Source of the DNA: Promethearchaeota archaeon
GTDB lineage: Archaea; Asgardarchaeota; Thorarchaeia; Thorarchaeales; Thorarchaeaceae
Reading direction: 5' to 3'
DNA: 12,590 nt
Assembly: GCA_014728035.1 (NCBI GenBank)
Contig: WJMJ01000145.1
Coordinates: forward strand, 1 to 12,590
The notes beneath the pieces are model-generated. The model was not told where the DNA came from, did not search any database, and was given only the letters and a program-made list of their open reading frames with translations. The position numbers were made by a program, and so were the translations under genes. Below, piece after piece: positions 5,615-12,590 of this stretch (within the stretch, counting starts at the first letter, position 1; each line of letters begins with the position of its first letter).

Positions 5615-7485
5615 CTTGTCCATATAAATCTCAAATTACCAGCATCCCACAATCTTCTATACCCATTTAGAAACATGTTTTCAGCTTCCGTAACATGCTC
5701 ATCAAAATGTTCAAGTTTATCTTTGAGCTTATGCTTCTGAAATTGTATTCTTGAATAAACTCTATTTTGCTTCACGTAACAATAATTTGGTCTTGTGATA
5801 CCATCAAGATCAAACCCCAAATGATAATATAAATCGCCATTGCTATATCTTCTATTGGCATATGATAATACCAATTCTGGATTGCACCTTTTGATGAAGT
5901 GCTTAAATAATCTACTGGCACCACCAATTACAGTTTTTCCAATTTTATTAGCAAATCGAGTAATTTCCCAACCATATTTATTGTGTTTATTAAATGACAT
6001 CACCGCCAATAACTCATCATTATAATATAAACCGCATATAAAGTGTGAATATTTATAACCTTGCAGATGATTAGATGCCATGAATTTCCTATACGTGCCT
6101 ATACCCACTTCCATTATATCACATTTTCTAGCATAAATTCTATCCGTCATGTTAAGTTTGCTTTTTATAATTGATTTTACAACATGTTGGTTGTTTCTCC
6201 ATTCATCCTCTGATATTTGTATCAATCTAATTCCTAATTCATTGCATCTATCTAATTTAAACACGTGTCGTTGTCTTTCTTGTGTGGTTTCTACATGATC
6301 ATAAGAATGCCAGTATATACCATTCACTTCAATGGCCAGGTTGCAATCCAATACCAAAATATCTAGTTCATATGGATAAATGGCGGATCTATCATTCATT
6401 TTAGATCTAGATAATTCATTTACAAATTCATAGACTTCATTCTGCAAGTGACCACCAGAACACAGTTGACATCCATTTCTATTTAGAATATGATATCGCG
6501 GCACCTGCCAAAACATACCATGGGTTGGGCACTTCATATTGGCAAGTGAATCATAAGATTCATAGATCATCTCACCATAATCATATGTATCTCCATGAAT
6601 CTCCTTTGCTTTCGCTACAAATTCCTCTCTGGTAATCCGTATGTCGTGTACTTTTAGTCCAAATCTTTTAACTGCACTAGATACTGCTTTCTTCCCACAT
6701 CCAATTTCTGATGCAATATCTCTGGTAGATCTGCCAGATTTAATATATTCATTTTTTAGCCAATCAACATCATTTAATTTATCAAATGCATTATCACCTA
6801 TAACTGATTTCAAATTTGTTGGTTTATCAAATTGGGGTGCATGTGGTTTTAAACCAATCTTCTTCATTCTGTTTTTTATAACATGCACTCCTTGCCCAAG
6901 CACTGATGCGATATCAGATAAACACATACCAGATTCATGTAGCTCTTTTATTTGATCAATGTCTACACTGTGCTTATTATGTGGTATTACATTTTGACTT
7001 GGCTTCCCAGATGGTTTCAATCCATTGGAGCGTAATAATCTGCGCACGACATGGCCACCTACATTATACATTCTAGCAATATCTGTTGTTGACATGCCAT
7101 TATGATAATGCTTTATAACATCATCTACATGATCTGATAATTTCGATTTTGGATACTTTGAAGATCTGTTCTTCGTGAATCTTGGTTTTCTATTTGGATA
7201 CTTATCCCGCAAAATAGTGCTGACTAGTGAATATTCAACCCCAAGAGAATGAGCAATATCGCTTGGTGCATGTCCATTCTCATACATGTCTGTGATTTGT
7301 TCTTTATATCTTACCTTTAGACTGTTTTTGGAAGGTTTTCTGCGAGGATTAATATCGTGTAGTTTAAGAATTCTTGATATTACTTTATGAGTTACTTCAT
7401 ATTTTGCAGCAATATCTGATACATTATAATTAGAATTATATAATTCGATTATTTTATCGTGTTCATTGTGTATGTCCATGACCAC
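5611..7485 (-). CDS. Hef-like homing endonuclease: tandem HTH repeats, CPxHG...GCxxC Zn finger, Vsr/DUF559-like nuclease, IYARKC-initiated GNAT-like C-terminal domain
   Basis: Motifs CPTHGMFWQ..HIL..NGCQLC, YELDI...LAIEVNGIYWHS, IYARKC, WEITRFA, SYANRRYSNG.LY..LGF and WDAGN. Confidence 0.8.
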   Translation of the reverse strand: MVMDIHNEHDKIIELYNSNYNVSDIAAKYEVTHKVISRILKLHDINPRRKPSKNSLKVRYKEQITDMYENGHAPSDIAHSLGVEYSLVSTILRDKYPNRKPRFTKNRSSKYPKSKLSDHVDDVIKHYHNGMSTTDIARMYNVGGHVVRRLLRSNGLKPSGKPSQNVIPHNKHSVDIDQIKELHESGMCLSDIASVLGQGVHVIKNRMKKIGLKPHAPQFDKPTNLKSVIGDNAFDKLNDVDWLKNEYIKSGRSTRDIASEIGCGKKAVSSAVKRFGLKVHDIRITREEFVAKAKEIHGDTYDYGEMIYESYDSLANMKCPTHGMFWQVPRYHILNRNGCQLCSGGHLQNEVYEFVNELSRSKMNDRSAIYPYELDILVLDCNLAIEVNGIYWHSYDHVETTQERQRHVFKLDRCNELGIRLIQISEDEWRNNQHVVKSIIKSKLNMTDRIYARKCDIMEVGIGTYRKFMASNHLQGYKYSHFICGLYYNDELLAVMSFNKHNKYGWEITRFANKIGKTVIGGASRLFKHFIKRCNPELVLSYANRRYSNGDLYYHLGFDLDGITRPNYCYVKQNRVYSRIQFQKHKLKDKLEHFDEHVTEAENMFLNGYRRLWDAGNLRFIWTR

Positions 7486-7494
7486 TAAAATACA

Positions 7495-8160
7495 TTATTT
7501 CAGAACGAATCCAAGCGGCTCGCCAAGTCGAATTGCATCTTGGATACATTCTTTGTATTCTTCTCTACCTTCACTCACCATTTCTGCCCCATCTAATGTC
7601 ATAATACCACCATCAGGTGATGGCAAACTCATCTTTCTTCTCACCATACCGATCATTTGTTTTGCTTGTGCAATGATAGCTCTTATACAAATTTCCCTCG
7701 CTGACGGCAATGTAAATTCATCTATAGATGGTATGTAGCGTACGACCACCGGGAAACTACCCTTTGGAGTCGGCTTTAGACGCAATTTCCTGTCACTTGT
7801 GGCCTCCCACGAACCCTCAGTACCGAGCACCCGTTGCGAGAATTTGCGGTAACTTTGAAGTAAGTGATAATCCAATAACATATTTTGAATACCTGTTATG
7901 TTACCAATATTTGCACCAATATGTTGGGGTAATAAACCATCTACGGAATCATTATGGTATGGTATTCTACCATATGTGTCTTCACATTCTTTACGCCATA
8001 CTTCATCATGAAATCCAGATCTAGTTGATAAATGCACACATTCATCCATCAAAATATCATCTATGTTTAAATAATCTATTTTAGTAGATATAAATATATC
8101 TTTAGTGTTGATATCTGTAAGTGCATTCACATGTTTAAAAGGAACGAGGTGGATATTCAT
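7495..8160 (-). CDS. Neck/head-completion protein (T4 gp13-like) C-terminal half with an atypical N-terminus
   Basis: The C-terminal LRLKPTP...AQAKQMIGMVRRK....PDGG.MTLDG.EMVSEG.EE...PLGF pattern is typical of gp13-like neck proteins. GGAGG RBS. Confidence 0.65.
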   Translation of the reverse strand: MNIHLVPFKHVNALTDINTKDIFISTKIDYLNIDDILMDECVHLSTRSGFHDEVWRKECEDTYGRIPYHNDSVDGLLPQHIGANIGNITGIQNMLLDYHLLQSYRKFSQRVLGTEGSWEATSDRKLRLKPTPKGSFPVVVRYIPSIDEFTLPSAREICIRAIIAQAKQMIGMVRRKMSLPSPDGGIMTLDGAEMVSEGREEYKECIQDAIRLGEPLGFVLK

Positions 8161-8177
8161 AATGACCCTCCAATATT

Positions 8178-9734
8178 TTATTTTTGATTTCTATGATAAA
8201 TATATTTCAACTTTTCTTTTCCCATCACTTTAATTAAACCAAAGGTAGCCACATAAGCTGCCTCAGTAATTTTTGATTTCTTGGCGTGATAATATATAGA
8301 CTTCTTGTGGGTATAATATCCATCAGCATCAATATACCAATAGTCTGGTTTAACCTCTCCCATAAACTCAAAATTACTTGCCTTATAAATTGTACCACGA
8401 TGATTGAAAGTTGTATCTGAGTAAGCTATTATGTCATGGTATCGCCGTGGTAATCGTTTTATGCTCTGTGATATTAACCAACTAGCAAAATTCTTTTTTT
8501 GATATCTTGGATGAATACATAATCTCGATAATTCAGTGGTATGATAATAATCATGTGGCAGATTTTGCCTTATTAAAGGCGAAAAGACAACACTACCAAT
8601 AAGCACATCACCAAGGTACGCAGCAAATACGTTGCCACAACGACCGGCGCTTCCAATATAATGGTGTGAACTTATAAATATATCAACTTCGGATTTACTT
8701 ACCTTTTTTATTATCACGTCCTTGAAACAAAAATCATATATATCATCATTGATATTACACCAATATTTTATTAAATTGACAATTTTACCAACACTTTTGA
8801 ATTCATGCTCCCATATATATTTTATCTCACATTCTGGATGATTTTTTGCTATATAATCAAATTTCAATCTATCATTCTGTACAGCAGTGGGCAATGAATG
8901 CCAATAAACACCATTGCATTCAATTAGGACTATTTTATGTCCTAAGGGTATGGCACAATCAAAAGAAAACGGTCCATAATGGCATTGTTGATCATCATCC
9001 CTGTCTTCATACTCTCTATAATATGTAATCCCAAGATTATCTAATATCATATATAACATAAGCTGTAATTTTGATACTCTGGAACGATTCACATGGATTT
9101 CTGCCATCTTTTTTCTGTATTCTGGATCACCCCATCTGCGCTTCGCTACAATAGACATTTTATGCTTAAATTCTTCACCAAAGTGAATATCAGTATTGAT
9201 TCCATGCTTATTTAATAATCTACCTATAGTTGAATATGAGCACCCAAAATATTTACCACATTCTTCCATAGTATGTGATTGATAATATTCAATCAATTCT
9301 TTAATATTGATGTGATCACGTAGATCATCAATATTATTGATATTGTTTCTTCGTAAGAATGATCTAATAGAAGCTACGCCAACACCACATTTATCAGCAC
9401 ATTCTTTGAGAGTGTGATCTTTCAAATATTCTTTAATGAATTCAAGGTCATGATTATCAGCATAATGAATACCAGTTTCATATCCTGCTTTTCTCAATCT
9501 TGTGCCAAGAACATGGGGAGAGCAACCAAATTTATGTGTACATTCCTCTAATGTGTGATCTTGATAATAGTGATATAATTCATCAATGTCAATGTGCTTC
9601 TTATTGGGCGGATCTTTTGGTGGTTTAACCAATCCAAGATTTTTGGCTTTATATCGAACTTGATCAACTGTCATATTAAATTCAATAGCTGTTTCTTTCA
9701 ATGTATGTGTCAAATAGTGTTGATCAAAATTCAT
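8178..9734 (-). CDS. HTH-repeat protein with a Vsr/DUF559-like nuclease and a Mom-like (GNAT) C-terminal domain
   Basis: About four HTxxECxxxFGxS repeats. FSFDCAI...LIECNGVYWH. ELSRLC...NFASWLIS...IAYSD...HRGTIYKASNF matches the Mom-family motif. Confidence 0.8.
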   Translation of the reverse strand: MNFDQHYLTHTLKETAIEFNMTVDQVRYKAKNLGLVKPPKDPPNKKHIDIDELYHYYQDHTLEECTHKFGCSPHVLGTRLRKAGYETGIHYADNHDLEFIKEYLKDHTLKECADKCGVGVASIRSFLRRNNINNIDDLRDHINIKELIEYYQSHTMEECGKYFGCSYSTIGRLLNKHGINTDIHFGEEFKHKMSIVAKRRWGDPEYRKKMAEIHVNRSRVSKLQLMLYMILDNLGITYYREYEDRDDDQQCHYGPFSFDCAIPLGHKIVLIECNGVYWHSLPTAVQNDRLKFDYIAKNHPECEIKYIWEHEFKSVGKIVNLIKYWCNINDDIYDFCFKDVIIKKVSKSEVDIFISSHHYIGSAGRCGNVFAAYLGDVLIGSVVFSPLIRQNLPHDYYHTTELSRLCIHPRYQKKNFASWLISQSIKRLPRRYHDIIAYSDTTFNHRGTIYKASNFEFMGEVKPDYWYIDADGYYTHKKSIYYHAKKSKITEAAYVATFGLIKVMGKEKLKYIYHRNQK

Positions 9735-10212
9735 TCTTTTTTACTGAACTCCTATGTTTATTTTTTCTGATATCAGAATGATTGTAAATTGATGTATCCA
9801 TTCCTATGGATTTTAATCGTCTTTTAATGGTAAGTATAGAACAATTGTATTTGTCTGCGCAATCACCTAATGTGTGGCCATCTAGAAAATATGATTTTAA
9901 CTCGTTTAGATCTATCGATATAAAGGCCCTCTTTCGAGTATTGACACCAGCAATCCTCAATCTAGATGCCAAGTATCGTGCACCAACACCAAATTTGTCA
10001 GCACATTGTTTCATCGTATGATCTTCATAATATTGCTTCAATTCGTCTATATCAATATAATCTTCTCTATCTTGATATCTTTCAATATTAGTGATACCAG
10101 ACTTGTGTGCCCATCTACGTATCGTGGTGGGTGATACTCCAAATTCTTGTGCAGTATCTAACACCGTATTCTTCTTAAGATAATGTAATGCCATCTTCTC
10201 ATAAGTTTCCAT
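9724..10212 (-). CDS. Tandem HTH-repeat DNA-binding protein
   Basis: Three repeats such as IDIDELKQYYEDHTMKQCADKFGV, the same repeat as the N-terminus of 8178..9734. Confidence 0.85.
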   Translation of the reverse strand: METYEKMALHYLKKNTVLDTAQEFGVSPTTIRRWAHKSGITNIERYQDREDYIDIDELKQYYEDHTMKQCADKFGVGARYLASRLRIAGVNTRKRAFISIDLNELKSYFLDGHTLGDCADKYNCSILTIKRRLKSIGMDTSIYNHSDIRKNKHRSSVKKNEF

Positions 10213-10270
10213 TGTGCCCCCATAAATATCATGATATGTGTGACAATATACACATAATCTAAATATGTTG

Positions 10271-10870
10271 TCAGATAATTAGTGATTCTAAAGATCTTAA
10301 CTTTAGATGATATATTTTTCTACCATCTGCCCACTGCCGTACACCTGCCACTACTTCTCTTACCCAATATTCTTTTGAATTGGGATCAAAATCATGCCAA
10401 GCTATCCATCCGCCATCGCTTAGAATCTTCTCGCACATCACACCATCTAAATAAGCATATTTCTTGTCATGGCACCCATCTATAAAGCAGAAGTTGGGCG
10501 GTGAACCTTCATATTTCCAATCAATAGAACTACCATAATATTGACATATGTTCTTAAGACCAAGATCTATGTAGTATTTCCCGATGTCTTTCTTAGTCAT
10601 ATTCAAGGTGATCTGGCCAGTGTGGTGTTCTGGGAGAGGATTAATGGTGTGGACGGTGTGAGAGGTGTTAGAGGCCAAAATACAGGTGCCTCTACCATAT
10701 GAAGTGCCTATTTCTACGATGTCACCTTTGCTGGTGGCGGCAAGATATGACATAAAAATATCATCAAGTCGCCTTCTATCGTTAGCTGGTTTTATTTGGG
10801 TTGGAATGGTACCTTTGGTAAGGCCAAGAACATCAACCAAATCATCTAATTCTATCGTTTCAATTTTCAT
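10271..10870 (-). CDS. Class I SAM-dependent methyltransferase (Methyltransf_24-like)
   Basis: VEIGTSYGRGT motif I, FIDGCH and GGWIAWHD. Start probably MKIET at 10870. Confidence 0.8.
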   Translation of the reverse strand: MKIETIELDDLVDVLGLTKGTIPTQIKPANDRRRLDDIFMSYLAATSKGDIVEIGTSYGRGTCILASNTSHTVHTINPLPEHHTGQITLNMTKKDIGKYYIDLGLKNICQYYGSSIDWKYEGSPPNFCFIDGCHDKKYAYLDGVMCEKILSDGGWIAWHDFDPNSKEYWVREVVAGVRQWADGRKIYHLKLRSLESLII

Positions 10871-10884
10871 AACATATATTTGCA

Positions 10885-11175
10885 TCATCCCACAAAACAA
10901 AATTGAGAGTAAGGCTTTAATATGACAGTTTCAAGCCTGAGCTTGAACTTCTTGACATATGGAACAGGTGGGAGTATTGGGTCCCTATTGCGTGCACTGC
11001 ACCAGCCAGGAACCCGCACATTCTTTTCATCATTGGTGGGAACATAATGGGTATACGAAGACACCGCCATTTTGGCGGTGCGATACGCATCACCGGCATA
11101 TGTATAAACAACACTATCGCTTGAATCGTAATCAAATGTGGCTACTGATGTGGCACCCGAATCGTCCCAAATCAT
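10885..11175 (-). CDS. Hypothetical protein
   Basis: 96-aa ORF filling the gap on the coding strand; no clear SD. Confidence 0.45.
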   Translation of the reverse strand: MIWDDSGATSVATFDYDSSDSVVYTYAGDAYRTAKMAVSSYTHYVPTNDEKNVRVPGWCSARNRDPILPPVPYVKKFKLRLETVILKPYSQFCFVG

Positions 11176-11185
11176 AGTAACATGA

Positions 11186-11353
11186 TCATAATTTTATCGC
11201 GTCGACCTGGGCATCAAATTGATCATCACCTTTTCTGATGCCCAATTTCATATAAATTTCTTCTTTGGTCAACTTCTTACCCTTCCACTTGGACGCAAAT
11301 CCCTTCAAATTACGTTCTACCGCTTCTTCATATTTTTCTTTTTTGGGTTTCAT
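11186..11353 (-). CDS. Small basic hypothetical protein (55 aa, MKPKKEKYEEAVERNLKGF...)
   Basis: Read by hand; AAGGTG RBS; below the ORF-track length cut-off. Confidence 0.65.
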   Translation of the reverse strand: MKPKKEKYEEAVERNLKGFASKWKGKKLTKEEIYMKLGIRKGDDQFDAQVDAIKL

Positions 11354-11363
11354 TTTTCACCTT

Positions 11364-11567
11364 CTATGCAAAGTGCGTTAGATATCTTTTGATGGACGGT
11401 GTACGATGTGATGGCGGTGGTGGAGTTTTATTCTGATATGGGCAAAATTTACCATCTATCACACGACACAAACGTGCGCCTATACCCCAAAGTGACCGAC
11501 CAACACGTTTATCTGTGCAATATAAGCCATCCTTATTCTGTTTGCAATTAACTCTGACTCTTACCAT
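11364..11567 (-). CDS. Small basic four-Cys protein (67 aa, MVRVRVNC...)
   Basis: Start reassigned to 11567: AAGGA RBS, 1 nt after the upstream stop. Confidence 0.6.
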   Translation of the reverse strand: MVRVRVNCKQNKDGLYCTDKRVGRSLWGIGARLCRVIDGKFCPYQNKTPPPPSHRTPSIKRYLTHFA

Positions 11568-11568
11568 C

Positions 11569-12417
11569 TTAGTCCTTAAACGTATACAAATGACCCTGCT
11601 CAGTCCAGCCAGCAAATCCAGTAATATCTTGTTCATCATAATTATCTGCATAATGCACAAGATACATCTTTTCTTTCCATTTAGAAGGCAATGTGTTCAG
11701 TGAGTACAATGGGGCATGAACAGCGCCAGGAAAGAATTGGACGTCATGGAACAGAACCTCTGAATGATCGGCATATGTATCTAGCAACTCTTCATCAAAT
11801 TTAGTATCACCAGAATAAAAAACACGACCATCAATAGAAAGTCCGTATGAAATAAATGATCCGGACCAACTATCCGATTGCTCAGGTATGTGGTTTGTTC
11901 TAAAAAGCTCTAGTGATATGGAACCAACATCAACACTGAAAATTTCTCTTGGCTTATGCTCTACCCATTGGGGCCTTATAATATCAAAATAATCCGTGAA
12001 TGCCATAACACGACCATGGGCAAGTTGTTCATTGTATTCTAAGCCACCTCTAAGGCTGTTCTCCCACAGTATTCTCTGATATTCAACACTAACAACCATC
12101 TTCAGCTTAGGTTTACCCATAAATGGAATACCAACATATTTATTCATCTGTGCAAGCTGTTCAAACCCACCTATGTGATCACCATGGCTGTGGGTAGGGA
12201 GAATAACTTCAATATCATACGGAGATAACCCCGTGGTTTGATGGAAGGCTTCTGGACCAGTACGGCCAAAATCCACCATAACATGATCATCGCCTTTCAT
12301 AATGAGAAGATTTGTCTGATTGTGTTTAGTTGCAAGTGCAGATCCCACTCCTATGAAGTATAGAACAAGTTCTCCATCTGTCTTAAGATTTTCAAGTTTC
12401 ATCAGATTCTTCTCCAC
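11569..12417 (-). CDS. MBL-fold metallo-hydrolase, Apyc1-like (anti-Pycsar cyclic-nucleotide phosphodiesterase family)
   Basis: THSHGDH metal motif plus GxGSA, LWENSLRGGL, FYSGDT, FHDVQFF, VHA and HYADN, which I recognise from Apyc1. Confidence 0.8.
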   Translation of the reverse strand: MEKNLMKLENLKTDGELVLYFIGVGSALATKHNQTNLLIMKGDDHVMVDFGRTGPEAFHQTTGLSPYDIEVILPTHSHGDHIGGFEQLAQMNKYVGIPFMGKPKLKMVVSVEYQRILWENSLRGGLEYNEQLAHGRVMAFTDYFDIIRPQWVEHKPREIFSVDVGSISLELFRTNHIPEQSDSWSGSFISYGLSIDGRVFYSGDTKFDEELLDTYADHSEVLFHDVQFFPGAVHAPLYSLNTLPSKWKEKMYLVHYADNYDEQDITGFAGWTEQGHLYTFKD

Positions 12418-12429
12418 CCTTGTGTCTAC

Positions 12430-12590
12430 CTAAGATACTTTGTGCCTTTGTTCGCGCTTCGTAGAAGCTCCGTAGCGGACGAAAATCTTTTCGACACGAT
12501 CGGGTGTGATGCCGATTCCTCGGTCCTCAACCCACCACTGCGGCTCAAGAGATGTGGGTATATGAATGAAGAGAGGGATGTCCTCGTTGC
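12430..12590 (-). pseudogene. 3' end of a truncated rIIA-like GHKL ATPase ORF
   Basis: Hand translation ...IHIPTSLEPQWWVEDRGIGITPDRVEKIFVRYGASTKREQRHKVS* carries the DxGxG box but stops before the GxxGxG box. Confidence 0.6.

Noticed and set aside
10245-10274. Sigma70 promoter CTGACA-18-TATATT upstream of 10212
   Set aside because: Imperfect boxes in AT-rich DNA; not distinguishable from chance.

Overview
AT-rich, densely coding window with every plausible gene on the minus strand. It looks like part of a large tailed-phage genome: a T4 gp13-like neck protein fragment, an rIIA-like GHKL fragment, Hef/Vsr-type homing-endonuclease-like genes, an Apyc1-like anti-defence phosphodiesterase and a holin-like gene. 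The most striking element is the ~400-nt intergenic region 3365-3736, directly downstream of a 254-aa hypothetical gene. On the minus strand it reads: a structured AGURUC-repeat domain, then a circularly permuted tRNA-like RNA, then a strong terminal hairpin. In the tRNA-like RNA, the T-arm, 3' acceptor strand and CCA come before the 5' acceptor strand and D-arm, and a long duplex replaces the anticodon arm. The 49-nt linker between the two halves matches the twister self-cleaving ribozyme core, with predicted cleavage 2 nt after CCA. A second theme is a ~30-aa N-terminal 'LExGDxI' module, found as four near-identical DNA cassettes and two diverged copies fused to unrelated bodies (candidate head-targeting propeptide). 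All family calls come from motif recognition by eye; no searches were run.
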